Source: Macrostomum lignano
Taxonomy: Eukaryota
DNA: 64,000 nt
Assembly (NCBI GenBank): GCA_002269645.1
Contig: NIVC01000868.1
Coordinates: 1 to 64,000, forward strand
Direction: 5' to 3'
Shown: positions 51,801 through 64,000 of the stretch, one piece after another
Layout of the letters: every line of letters starts with the position of its first letter
How positions within the stretch are numbered: position 1 is the first letter of the stretch
Made by a program: the position numbers and the translations under genes
Notes under the pieces: model-generated
Told to the model about the DNA's origin: nothing
The model's database searches: none
Seen by the model: only the letters and a program-made list of their open reading frames with translations

Positions 51801-54800
51801 TAATATTAAATAGCAATAAATAAGCTATCTCCACCTTTTATCTTTCCTAATTTAGAGCAATACCAGTCCTATGCCTCACTTGGAGTTGGCTTTGCCAGGT
51901 TTGTTTCAGTTTGTTTTTACTTTCACTGTTTCAAATAGAACAGTACTAATGTAATCAATTGTGAGCCAATTTCTAATTACAGTCTGGTTGCAGAAACACT
52001 GCTGTCTCATCCATGTATTGTGCTCAGGCGGCAGTGTCAGGTAAGATTTCCCTGTTTAGTTAAATCTCCTACATTATTTGTGCTTTTGGTTTTTTATGTC
52101 ATTTTTATGTAGACTTCGTAATCTGTTGAATTCATTCAGCATCCATATACTGATCCAAATTGCAGGTGATGAATGATGGCCAGAGCTACCACCTGTTGCC
52201 ATTCAGCCTTGTACCTGTCATATACAATCTGCACAAGACACAGGTTTGTGCATTCAAACTCTAGTTCTAGGCCATTTTCCATTGTTAGTCCTCCAATTCA
52301 CCAGCTTGCCAGCTAACCCGCGTCCCCAGTTCCAGCTGATCCACCGTCCCCACTGCCAGCTGATCCACCGTCCCCAGTTCCAGCTGATCCCCGTCCCCAG
52401 TGCCAGCTGACCCCCCGTCCCCACTGCCAGCTGATCCCCGTCCCCACTGCCAGCTGATCCCCGTCCCCACTGCCAGCTGATCCCCGTCCCCACTGCCAGC
52501 TGACCCCCCCGTCCCCAGTGCCAGCTGATCCACCGTCCCCAGTGCCAGCTGATCCCCGTCCCCACTGCCAGCTGATCCACCGTACCCAGTGCCAGCTGAT
52601 CCACCGTACCCAGTGCCAGCTGACCCCCCGTCCCCACTGCCAGCTGACCCGCCGTCCCACTGATGTTTTCCTACTCCCTCGCATCTCAGGGCATCGCCTG
52701 CCTATGGAAAGGCATTGGTAGCGTCTTCATAGTGCGCGGCCTTCATCTGGTCACGGAGAATGTTGTCAGTGAAATCACGCACTTTCCAAAGTAAGTTTGG
52801 CGCTGCTGACTTCTATCGCAGCGCTTGATGCAATTGCTCCTATAAGTGTACTACTAGATTGAAGTCCGTAGTCTCGTGATACTTCTAGATATACTAAATC
52901 CATATACTAAAATGGTATGTCGGTATGTGTGTGATCGATTTTAGCAGATGATACCCCCTTCCCTTAACAGATGATACCCTTCCCTTAACAGTGATACCCT
53001 TCCCTTTTAGCAGGTGATACCCTTCCCCTTAGCAGGTGATACCCTTCCCCTTAGCAGGTGATACCCTTCCCTTAGCAGGTGATACCCTTACTTAGCAGGT
53101 GATATCCTTACTTAGCAGGTGATACCCTTACTTAGCAGGTGATACCCTTAGCAGGTGATACCCTTACTTAGCAGGTGATATCCTTACTTAGCAGGTGATA
53201 CCCTTACTTAGCAGGTGATACCCTTAGCAGGTGATACCCTTACTTAGCAGGTGATATCCTTACTTAGCAGGTGATACCCTTACTTAGCAGGTGATACCCT
53301 TAGCAGGTGATACCCTTACTTAGCAGGTGATACCCTTACTTAGCAGGTGATACCCTTACTTAGCAGGTGATACCCTTACTTAGCAGGTGATACCCTTACT
53401 TAGCAGGTGATACCCTTACTTAGCAGGTGATACCCTTACTTAGCAGGTGATACCCTTACTTAGCAGGTGATACCCTTACTTAGCAGGTGATACCCTTACT
53501 TAGCAGGTGATACCCTTACTTAGCAGGTGATACCCTTACTTAGCAGGTGATACCCTTACTTAGCAGGTGATACCCTTACTTAGCAGGTGATACCCTTACT
53601 TAGCAGGTGATACCCTTACTTAGCAGGTGATACCCTTACTTAGCAGGTGATACCCTTACTTAGCAGGTGATTGGTTCACAGCAAGAGAAACGGTCATATT
53701 TTGTAGCCCAGCTTCTAAGCGGCGCATTGATTTTCCGTCACCACCAGAGAGGTGAACCGGCACAGCTCCGCAAAGAAGCTGGCTCAGCACCTTTGCCTCA
53801 AGGCTGCCACCTGGGCTCTCGTGGCGCCATTCTACGCAGCCTCTCTGGTGGAGACTGTGCAGTCGGACATCGCCTCGGACAGTCCGGGCGTCCTGGACTG
53901 CCTGAAGGAGGGCCTGGCCCGCCTGCTGGTGTTCTCAACCCCGCCGACCGCCTCCTCTAACCTGCTGCCGTTCTGGAAGCTCGTGCCGCCGGTTGTGTGC
54001 CTGGGGGCCGCCTCCTACGCAATCCGGGCGCTTGCCAACTACGCCGTGATGCGCTCGGCCGAGCGGGACGGCTCCACCGACCGGGCCGCTCGCTACAGGG
54101 GCTACCGCGGGCGCAGCACCGAGGTGAGACTGGACCTCTCCTGCAGTCCTTCTGCCGCATCCTCAACAGCCTGGGATTCCCTGGCGATTCCTGGAATTCC
54201 AGGTGGCAGGGCCAGCTTGCCATTCTGCTTCTTTTAGGAGTGCGGCGTTGTTTGCGGGAGGATTACTGTGGGGTATTTGTATGGGGAATGTCAGTCAGCT
54301 GTCTTTGTAGTGCGTGGCCCTCATCAGACTCAACGTACCGAGTTTAATCCACAGGTTTGATGAATTAGGCGGGCGGAAATGATGTGACAGCAAGTTGGAG
54401 CTGGCATTCAGCTTGGCCATGTAGTTTCAACAATCGCTTCATCAAGAGCAAATAGTCCTAAAGTAAAGCTTTTATGGTGCATAGAAGCTCATAGACCGCA
54501 TTCGCTTGGAATTATCGCTCCCAAAGTTAGATATAATTTGTCTGGCAAAACTTTGAAGAAGTTTTAATTTAGCTCGTATCGCTATGCACGATAGTAAAAG
54601 TACTCAATGTAGTTATTGCCATGCGTGATGGTAAAAGTACTTAATGTATTTATCGCCATGCGTGATGGTACAAGTAACTCAATGTATTTATCGCCATGTG
54701 TGATGATAAAAGTACTCAATGTAGTTATCGCCATGCGTGATGGTAAAAGTACTCAATGTAGTTATCGCCATGCGTGATGGTAAAAGTACTCAATGTATTT

Positions 54801-56194
54801 ATCGCCATGCGTGATGGTAAAAGTACTCAATGTAGTTATCGCCATGCGTGATGGTAAAAGTACTCAATGTATTTATCGCCATGCGTGATGGTAAAAGTAC
54901 TCAATGTAGTTATCGCCATGCGTGATGGTAAAAGTACTCAATGTATTTATCGCCATGCGTGATGGTAAAAGTACTCAATGTAGTTATCGCCATGCGTGAT
55001 GGTAAAAGTACTCAATGTATTTATCGCCATGCGTGATGGTAAAAGTACTCAATGTAGTTATCGCCATGCGTGATGGTAAAAGTACTCAATGTAGTTATCG
55101 CCATGCGTGATGGTAAAAGTACTCAATGTAGTTATCGCCATGCGTGATGGTAAAAGTACTCAATGTATTTATCGCCATGCGTGATGGTAAAAGTACTCAA
55201 TGTAGTTATCGCCATGCGTGATGGTAAAAGTACTCAATGTAGTTATCGCCATGCGTGATGGTAAAAGTACTCAATGTATTTATCGCCATGCGTGATGGTA
55301 AAAGTACTCAATGTATTTATCGCCATGCGTGATGGTAAAAGTACTCAATGTAGTTATCGCCATGCGTGATGGTAAAAGTACTCAATGTATTTATCGCCAT
55401 GCGTGATGGTAAAAGTACTCAATGTAGTTATCGCCATGCGTGATGGTAAAAGTACTCAATGTATTTATCGCCATGCGTGATGGTAAAAGTACTCAATGTA
55501 GTTATCGCCATGCGTGATGGTAAAAGTACTCAATGTATTTATCGCCGTATTCATTGCGTAATTTTGGAATTCAAGCTGGCCTCTTTTCGTCAGATTATGG
55601 ACTCCCAGTCCAAATATCCAGAGGTCCCTGGTGCTCAGCTGGCTGACAGTCAGTTGTCGGTGCCTTCTAATTGTTTTGAATCCGTAAGCCTGGCTAATTC
55701 GTCACATCAAGGTCATCCAACTGCCCCCCCCCCAGGTGGACACCGAGCTGTACGAGCGCTTTTACCCCGAGCTGCTCAGCAGCTTTGTTGGCGCCCTGCT
55801 CTCCGACCTGCTGCTGTTCCCGCTGGAGACCCTCACACACCGGCTGTGCGTGCAGGGCACCCGCACCCTCATCGACAACATGGACACCGGCCTCGGCGTG
55901 GCCTCCCTCAGCACCACCCACACCGGCCTGCTGGACGCCTTTGTCACCACCGTCCGCCTGGAGTCGCCTGTCAGCCTCTATCGCGGCTTTGGCGCCCTTC
56001 TGCTGCAGTTTGGCGCCCATCTCTGCCTGCTGCGCGCCGCCAAGATGTCGTACGAGCGGCTGGTGACCGCCTGGGCCGGCGGCAGTGACCGCGTGGGCGT
56101 CGGTGGCCCGACGGACCCTGACTCGGAGTCCACTAGCAGCCGAAGCATCTTCTCCGATGTTGATGAGGTCGCCGCCGGTTTTCCTGCACAGTAG
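48816..56194 (+). CDS. SLC25A46: Mitochondrial outer-membrane carrier-family protein SLC25A46 (exons 48816-49296, 51856-51898, 51983-52040, 52166-52243, 52690-52790, 53748-54123, 55736-56194)
   Basis: All junctions are GT-AG and in phase. Motifs HPCIVLRRQCQ, YHLLPF, LWKGIGSVFIVRG, PFYAASLVETVQSDI, FYPELLSSF and PLETLTHRLCVQGTRTLIDNMD match recalled SLC25A46. Confidence 0.93.
50408..50960. mobile_element. MITE with about 80-bp imperfect TIRs, SLC25A46 intron 1
   Basis: TAGCTGCATACAACTGT...TTTTGTCTATGGCAAAA inverted against TTTTGCCATAGACAAAA...ACAGTTGTGTGCAGCTA. TSD unclear. Confidence 0.65.
52308..52660. repeat. About 23-25-bp minisatellite CCAGCTGATCCCCGTCCCCACTG, SLC25A46 intron 4
   Basis: About 15 units. 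Confidence 0.9.
52884..52946 (+). mobile_element. Helitron 5' stub (HC subfamily)
   Basis: TCTAGATATACTAAATCCATATACTAAAATGG...TGTGTGATCGATTTTAGCA matches the HC 5' end at about 38700-38770. Confidence 0.7.
52941..53670. repeat. 20-bp minisatellite TTAGCAGGTGATACCCTTAC, SLC25A46 intron 5
   Basis: About 35 units, with some 16-nt variants. Confidence 0.95.
54588..55548. repeat. 37-bp minisatellite ATCGCCATGCGTGATGGTAAAAGTACTCAATGTA(G/T)TT, SLC25A46 intron 6
   Basis: About 26 units in two variants. Confidence 0.95.
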
Positions 56195-56311
56195 CCCACC
56201 TGAGCTTCTGTCGGTGAGCTATCGACTCGTGGAGTTTCGTTGTGGAGGGAGGACGGCTGACACTCCCCACCAAAGTAGCTGACAACCACGGAAGTAGTTA
56301 AGGCCCCAATA

Positions 56312-57635
56312 GAAGTGGCTCGGACCCGTGCTGAAGTGGCTGGGACCCGTGCTGAAGTGGCTGGGACCCGTGCTGAAGTGGCTGGGACCCGTGCTGAAGT
56401 GGCTGGGACCCGTGCTGAAGTGGCTCGGACCCGTGCTGAAGTGGCTGAGACCCGTGCTGAAGTGGCTGGGACCCGTGCTGAAGTGGCTGAGACCCGTGCT
56501 GAAGTGGCTGGGACCCGTGCTGAAGTCGCTGAGACCCGTGCTGAAGTGGCTCGGACCCGTGCTGAAGTGGCTGGGACCCGTGCTGAAGTGGCTGGGACCC
56601 GTGCTGAAGTGGCTGAGACCCGTGCTGAAGTGGCTGGGACCCGTGCTGAAGTCGCTGAGACCCGTGCTGAAGTCGCTGAGACCCGTGCTGAAGTGGCTGA
56701 GACCCGTGCTGAAGTGGCTGGGACCCGTGCTGAAGTCGCTGAGACCCGTGCTGAAGTGGCTGGGACCCGTGCTGAAGTGGCTGAGACCCGTGCTGAAGTG
56801 GCTGGGACCCGTGCTGAAGTGGCTGAGACCCGTGCTGAAGTGGCTGGGACCCGTGCTGAAGTGGCTCGGACCCGTGCTGAAGTGGCTGGGACCCGTGCTG
56901 AAGTGGCTGGGACCCGTGCTGAAGTGGCTCGGACCCGTGCTGAAGTGGCTGGGACCCGTGCTGAAGTGGCTGGGACCCCTGCTGAAGTGGCTGGGACCCG
57001 TGCTGAAGTGGCTGGGACCCGTGCTGAAGTGGCTGGGACCCCTGCTGAAGTGGCTGGGACCCGTGCTGAAGTGGCTGGGACCCGTGCTGAAGTGGCTCGG
57101 ACCCGTGCTGAAGTGGCTGGGACCCGTGCTGAAGTGGCTGGGACCCGTGCTGAAGTGGCTGAGACCCGTGCTGAAGTGGCTGGGACCCGTGCTGAAGTGG
57201 CTCGGACCCGTGCTGAAGTGGCTGGGACCCGTGCTGAAGTGGCTGGGACCCGTGCTGAAGTGGCTCGGACCCGTGCTGAAGTGGCTGGGACCCGTGCTGA
57301 AGTGGCTGGGACCCCTGCTGAAGTGGCTGGGACCCGTGCTGAAGTGGCTGGGACCCGTGCTGAAGTGGCTGGGACCCCTGCTGAAGTGGCTGGGACCCGT
57401 GCTGAAGTGGCTGGGACCCGTGCTGAAGTGGCTCGGACCCGTGCTGAAGTGGCTGGGACCCGTGCTGAAGTGGCTGGGACCCGTGCTGAAGTGGCTGGGA
57501 CCCGTGCTGAAGTGGCTGGGACCCGTGCTGAAGTGGCTGGGACCCCTGCTGAAGTGGCTGGGACCCGTGCTGAAGTGGCTGGGACCCGTGCTGAAGTGGC
57601 TGGGACCCCTGCTGAAGTGGCTGGGACCCGTGCTA
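56312..57635. repeat. 21-bp minisatellite GCTGAAGTGGCTGGGACCCGT, 3' of SLC25A46
   Basis: About 63 units, starting about 120 nt after the stop codon. Confidence 0.96.
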
Positions 57636-59315
57636 GAGCAGTTGGAAACCAACTAAGCTGGGTATTTGAGGCTGTGTTGAAATAGTGGATTTGCAATTGC
57701 GCAGTGGGTAATCTGCAATCCTACAGACTATTTCCATTTTCAATTTCTAGGTGTTGCGGTGGTCACCGTGGCAACGGACAGTTAGCGCCCATACGAATGC
57801 TTATTATCTGCTTGTTTTTACACTGCCATGCTCATTCTGATTAGTGAGACTCAGCCCCGCAATTGATGCCTGCCCAGTGAAACACGCGAGTCACTGTTGC
57901 GGCCCCTCTGATTTCGGATCGCACCGGCAATCTTCTGTCTTTCGCTTCTCAACCAGATGACAATTAGATGAGAGCAAGTGTTCCATTTGCCACATACCAG
58001 CTAGTTGCAGGCTGCAGGCTCCACAACGATTTCATTCTTGTATCTGCTTACATCTGACTCGCTACTGAGAGTAACTGCCTGCAATCTGAGACTGCAAACT
58101 CTTTTGCACCTGCTTGCGTGTTTGCAAACTGCATTGCCAGCTTTTGTGTTCTGCTCGCCCATAGCCGCTACTGCAAGGCGCTGGCACTTCCAGCTATTCA
58201 ACCATTGCTGCTGGCTGCAGACAATTGGGGATTCTTTTCTATGACTGGCTGTGGGCGAGTTTTCGAATTTAGAAGAGTTTATAGAATTTCTGTATTTTGC
58301 TGCACCCCATTGTTACAGTAGTGATGTCTCCAAAGCGTTTTCTCTGTCTACCTGACTAGCAATTCGTGCACTTTTAATTTCTCTTTCGATGGATCGTTCG
58401 AACGCTGACTTGTATTTGTTGTGTCCAGTGTTTCTTATCCCATGATAAAAAAGCCCTTACAGGTTTTTCTTATATCAATAAATAAACCCTACTGAAAGTA
58501 GTAATTAGCGTACTTAGGCTTCGTTCGTTCGATTTGTATTCTGATTAAATATAAAACTTTTAGGCGCCAGTTCAGCCAGAAAGCATTCTGATAGGCTTGG
58601 CGCAGTCTGTTCTTCCAGAAATGCTCGCGCCGCTTTTTTGAAGACTTATTCAGTGCTGCATCTCAGCTGGAGGTCCTTGCGCTTTGGTGGCTCAATGCCA
58701 AATTCAAATTCACACAGTCAGCCCTTTCGTAATTGCTGTGTTGCTGATTTTGTGGGACAAGTAGATTTGCAGGTTTATTTAAGCGCGCATGTTACAGGGT
58801 AAATTTTTATGTACGTTATCAGCTATGCGGAACTGCATTTTGTACAAGTATTTTACTTCTGCTTGGGTTACACCTTGCAACTTGGGGGAAAATTCCCTCA
58901 CCGATGCTACACTGCATATTCATGGGGACCCCGGTCTCATTTGCATTGTGTTGTGATTGTTTGCTTTTAGTTATTTCCGTTGTACAGCAAAATGCAATCG
59001 AGTCTTTTGTGATTGCTGTCGGATTTTTTTAAGTTAACTGGTTTCTTTTGGGTACGAGCTAGACAGTTTGGGCATTTGAGCGGCATCTTAAACACTTTAT
59101 TCTCTGTCTGCTTGAGCTCTGGAGGCGCCTCAGAGTCGCAATAGCAAAATACCGTCGAACATCTCGGAAAAAATTTAAACTCCCTGGGCATTTTACTGTA
59201 GCGCCTCGTAACTTCTGGGAGCGCTGCAGGTTGGCTTTTTGCTTCCCAGGTAGACTTAGCTCGTATTCCCCTTAGTCAGGCGGTCTCAAAAGCGACTCTG
59301 AGCTGCATGGCGGCC

Positions 59316-62300
59316 TCAGTCGCTGTCCAGCTGTCCCTCGGTCTTCTCCTTGCTGACCTTGAGCAGCACGTGCCAGTTGCAGATCTGTTCGCCTTTTGAG
59401 TCGCGCATGTCGCCCCAGTGATCCAGAGCCTCCTCGCTGCAGTTGTTCCGGCCTGAGGGCAAGGTGTTCATGCAGCTTCATGACGGCTGAACCAATGCTA
59501 TTTTGCAGTAGGCCCAGCTGTACTTACCGACCGAGCACCAGCCAATAGTGACTGTTCGGCTCAGGGTGTGCTTGCAGTACACCTTCACCATCACGGAGAC
59601 GTCGTCAAGGTGGGCGCGGCTCACCGGATACTCAAAAGTTTCGTACCACTCCGGGTTGGGGCTATCCGGGATGGACAGCGTCTTGGAGCGGAACAACACG
59701 GGGCTATCCTTGCTGAGACCCCACAGCAGCTGCACCTTCGTGAACGCGGCTGCGGGATGGACGGCGCGTGTTTTTGTGAATTGCCTGTTAAAAGCTCCCC
59801 AACCCGTCAGCATTAGAGCTGGCATCAACTTGTGCCATCGAAATTACAGAAGATGTTGGTCAACATATCTACTCGTATCAACAACTCACTCGGAGGCCGG
59901 TCCGACTTCGGGTTTCGCAGGTTGCAGGCCTTCACAATGGCCACTTGGAGGTGGCCGTTCACCTGGTTGTACGCCAGGCCCAGGAACAGCTCTGGCTGGC
60001 TCACCAGTGCCGGGCCCTCCGTTGGAGGCGGCAGCAGCAGCGCGTCGACCGAATCCTTTGCCGACTTCTTCTGCGCCTTGGCAGACGCCTTTTGCTGCTC
60101 AAGCTCTTCCTGCAACAAAAACAATTGGCTTCCGGTTCTGCCTTTATCCTGACATTCAGTGTGTCCTTGAACCGCTAGGAATTTAGCTGGAAGTCTCTGG
60201 GCTTTACAATCTACGCTTCAATCTCAAATTTAAGAGCAAGGAGTGGTGGAGCGGCACCCGAGCTTTGCGCCGACAATTCCTTAATTTGGGGCTCGCACAC
60301 GATTGCTGATCTGTGAATTTTTTTAATTTACATGGTAGCTCATAAAAAGCTACTTCCCAAGACAGGCAGTAGGCATCGCTATTGTGTGCTCAGTGGTTAA
60401 TTGCCATCACACTGCCTTCGCACAAGGACCACCAGCAGGACCCTTGGCTTTGCATTGTGGAGAAAGTCAAACTATACATGTAACTACCGCAAAAAGCTTT
60501 GTAAAAATGCAATTTTCTTTGGTATAGAACTCACATCAGAGTCTGACAGATGCTTCAGCTGCAATTCAAAATTGGAGGATCAAGTCAGCACGGTAAAACG
60601 CTTTTTTACTCGCGTGTAAAAACATTCTAGCAGGATTTTCCTCTGCCTCACCTTGGAAATTGCGAACCGGCGCTCCTCCAGCTGCAGCCGGAAGCGGTTC
60701 TGTCTCACCTTGTCTGAGGTCTGCAGCGCCTCCGCCATCTTCTCCAGAGCAAATGTGTTTTCACCGAGCAGAAAGCTACGCTTCTTTCGCCAGCAACCAT
60801 ACAGCCGGAAACGAATGGCCAGCGCTTGCTGAGGGTTCTTGACTAGGTTCTTCTCTGCAGAGTGGATTGTTTGCTCTTTTTTATTGTAAGGTGTGCTGAA
60901 CAAGCTCCCAAATCCGCACTGCCCCTGTCCCAGCTCCCAAATGCTGGATTTCAAACCTGCATTGCTCTAGTTCCAGCAAATGTGTGTACATGTATATGTG
61001 TGTATTTCAAATGTGTGTATTGTCAAAGAAAAATGTGTATTTGAAATACACCCCCAAAGTCTTTCTACTGTTAAGACTGCCCAGTCCCTGACGCCAGGAG
61101 CACTCAGTTCTCACCTTTAGAGATCGGTGCAAATTTGAACAAATCCTTGTCGTCGTCCTCCTGTGGCTGCTTCAAGCCCGCCTTCTTGGCTGCCTTCTCC
61201 TCTTCGGTCTCCTCCTTCCCGAACTTCGTCACGTCCTTCAGCGGCTCGTCCATTGGCTTATTGGCATCCGCCGCCACCTGCCGCCGCTTCAGCCGCTCCT
61301 GCCTCTGCCGCTCCTTCATGGCCAGCTGCTGCTGCCGGTGCTGCTCCCGCCGCTCCTGCTGCTGCTGCTGCTGCGCCGCCTTCCGCGCCGCGATGCCCGC
61401 CAGCACCGACTTCTTGCTGTTCCTCTCCGCTGCGGCGCCCGCCGCGACCTCTTCTTTGGGCTTAGACTTGCCAGGCAGCCTTGGGATGCTCAGCTTGCCG
61501 ATCTTCACCGCCTGCTTTGCTGTATCGCCCGACTTGCCGGCCTCGGCTTTTGTAGCCTCATCCTTTTTCTTGTCCTTCTTCTTGTCCTTGTCCTTAGACT
61601 TCTTTTCCTTGTCCTGGCCGCCGTCCTTACTCTTGTCCACCTCGCCCTCTTTGTCTCGGGCTTCTGCAGCGGCGGTGGCTGCCGTCAGAGTCTGAAGCTT
61701 CTTTTTCTTCGGGTCCTCGTGCTCCACCATGGGAGTGCGGAAAGTGAGCACTTTGTCAGGGAGCAGGGTGGCGCAGACTTGCAGCATCGACCAGCGCATC
61801 TTCTTGTTGCTTTTGCGGCGAAACTTTGTGAGTGCCATTTTCAGCTCCACCTGCAGAATGCGCACGTTGAGACTCTGGCTTTTGGCCTCGTGCTTCATCT
61901 CGGCTTCCAGATACCCAACGATTTTTGGCATTGGCCGCTGGGCTGGCGCCTCGTTCTGAAGGAAGTTAAGTTGCGGTTATGCTTGCGATTTTGGATCTGT
62001 GCTATTAGCGGACATGCGGCTCGTATGAGCGATGGGACATGTGCACAATGGGGACATGCGTGCAATCCGTGATAAAGAACCCTCTTTCGACCCATACCAG
62101 ACTGGTTCCAGCACCAGCTGAAATCGCATCCGCCCCGAAGCAGCCCTCATCCTCGTCGTCGTCCTCGTCTTCCCCCTCAAAGTCCGCGTCGCCATCTTCA
62201 TCGTATTCCTCCTCCTCCTCGTCTTCTTGGTACTCCTCCGCCTCGTCAAAATTTTCCTCGCCATCTGGGAACTGCTCTTCATCGTCAGCCTCTGCGCCTG

Positions 62301-62837
62301 CTGCCGCCCCCATCCCTCCGATCTCGTCATCAACGAAGCCCGGGTTGAAAACGCCAGCAGGACCGGAGAATCCGCCGCCGAGGCCGCTGCTGAAGCCACC
62401 ACGGTAGCTGCCGATAAAGTCGCCGCCACCAAAGCGAGGGGCGAAGTCTTCTTCCTCCTCGTTGTCATCCTCCTCTAGATCGATGTCACCGCTCGTGTCG
62501 CTCGCCGCAGCCGCCGCAGCCGCCAGCAGAGGCTGTCGGTCCCTCGACTCCCAGGCTGCGAAGGCCACTGCAGACGCCTCTTCATCCATTGCTTCATCCA
62601 GTCCGCTGCCGCTGAAGGCGCTGGCGTTGTCGTCAAGTGAAACCTGATCGCCGTCCATAAGTTCGTTTTGGCGGAAGTCCAAGGAGCCCAGCTTTTGTCG
62701 GGCAGCCTCCGCCTCCTCTTCGTCCAGCGAAATTTCGTCTGCGGAATCTCTGAATTCCTCTTCTTCCGCGGCGTCCGCCTCTGCCTCCGAACCGTCAGAT
62801 TCCTCCAGCTGCGCTTCCTCCGGCGGCCGGGGACGAC
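59316..62837 (-). CDS. Synaptotagmin-14/16-like tandem-C2 protein, 5' end not resolved (exons 62837-62098, 61955-61115, 60854-60652, 60109-59890, 59749-59528, 59452-59316; possible upstream exon about 63465-63342)
   Basis: In-phase exons. C2A: GYLEAEMKHEAKSQSLNV...LQVCATLLP...AIRFRLYGCWRKKRSFLLGENTF. C2B: PELFLGLAYNQVNGHLQVAIVKA...RPPTAFTKVQLL...PNPEWYETF...IGWCSVGRNNCSEEALDHWGDMRDSKGEQICNWHVLL. This closely parallels recalled SYT14/16. An acidic low-complexity region precedes C2A. Confidence 0.85.
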
Positions 62838-64000
62838 CTGCGAGCCATTTGGACCGTACATGATTCGTACATGATTCGTAAATGATTTGCCACTATCGGC
62901 AACATTTGGGCTGTAGCGGTTACAGCACTCACTAGTTTTTCCAACATTTAAAAAAGTTTCCTTTCTGAATGCAGACACAATACAGTGAAATGTTCCGAGT
63001 AATCCTTAGTTTGGTTCAAGCAACTTTCAAGTCTACACTACTCAGATGCTAGCGATGGTCAATGATTCCTTTAATAAACGTGAGATTTTTATTAGAAATT
63101 TGTTCAGTTAAAGAATTCGGATAAGTCTTCTAAGGTGTCAAAGCTAGCTCATACACGGGTTCGGATCTGAACCGGTTGTCTATCATCATCGCTTGGACAA
63201 CGGACCTTCGAGACCTTCAGCGCGATGACAAATACTCAGAGGGACATTTTTAAAGATTAGGTCGAGCCCTTGGCTGCTCGAGTCCAGCAGAGTTGGATAT
63301 TTTACAGCAAATTTTTCTAAGCACTTTGCAGCTGCACTTACGAAATGGCGTTGCGTCCAACAGACGACTCAACATGTTGAACTGATGCCGACGGACGCAG
63401 CTCAGGGAACTGCAACTGCAGAAGTGCTGGCTACTGTCGCTGATGTCAAGGACTTGAGCTGCCAATTTAAAACTCAGCTGACGTCAGAAAGCAGCTGCGA
63501 GCAGATTTAAAACAGGCAGAAGAAATGGCGAATGTGCAATTTTTATAGCGAACTAAGACAGTGAAGAAATGCGAGGCCCCAGCCGCACACGGGGCGCCCA
63601 CGCAGAGAGAGAGACACGCCCTGAGCAAAGCATTCTTCTGCATCAGAGCTGCACGGCAGCGGCGGTGCACACTGGCAGCACAGCGGCGCAGTGGATTCTG
63701 GCCACAATGACCACAGGACAATGTAAAGTCTTCCACTCAAGCGGCGGAGAGAATGTCTATCAAGGGAAAGGGTGTAGAATCAGTCGCAAAGCAAAGTGCC
63801 TCTCAGCCCTGACCTCATTCTGCTGGTCAACTCAGCTCACTCAGCACCCCTCAGACCCTCTTCTAACAAGCGACAATGAACCGCCTCATATAGATAGATG
63901 TGGAGGCTACAAACTCTGTGCTTGACCGCTGAGTGCGAGCGTACTTGATGCCATTTGTCAGGGACTGGAAACTCCAGCTGGCCCAATTAGTGCTGATAGC

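Noticed and set aside
17270-52250. AT-rich block as contamination or a cross-species chimera
   Set aside because: RPB7 and SLC25A46 splice in phase across both boundaries, codon composition changes gradually, and the same Helitron subfamily occurs on both sides (38654 and 52884). Long reads are still needed for proof.
55978-57696. Four long ORFs (442-572 aa) on both strands
   Set aside because: They are translations of the 21-bp tandem repeat, which lacks stops in several frames; there is no unique domain.
63467-63736. Cys-rich ORF with CGHC...VHRRC resembling a C1 zinc finger
   Set aside because: Spacing does not fit the full C1 pattern, and no clear splice path to the synaptotagmin exons was established.

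Overview
Eukaryotic (invertebrate metazoan) genomic DNA. GC-rich exons, minisatellite-filled introns and TTAGGG tracts resemble a Macrostomum-type flatworm, but the species is inference only. Four host genes are supported. (1) A fibrillar collagen alpha chain (+, 895-8388) with frameshifts confined to the Gly-X-Y exons and an intact C-propeptide. (2) RNA polymerase II subunit RPB7/POLR2G (-), whose 12-nt first coding exon appears to lie about 30 kb away at 47167-47178. (3) SLC25A46 (+, 48816-56194), head-to-head with RPB7. (4) The 3' part of a synaptotagmin-14/16-like double-C2 gene (-, 59316-62837). The 30-kb RPB7 intron is AT-rich, CpG-poor and built from nested mobile DNA. A Mag-like Gypsy pol has its integrase split at an A|T site by a 14.8-kb head-to-tail concatemer of non-autonomous Helitrons. 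These carry satellite arrays and, in five of the six Helitron segments, a tRNA-derived Pol III-like cassette. There is also a 3.54-kb tandem duplication with a mappable crossover, and several TIR elements with readable target-site duplications. The GC-rich flanks contain about 11 unrelated minisatellites, a solo LTR and an internally deleted Gypsy element. Coordinates were read by hand (repeat edges +/- a few nt); no database searches were run.
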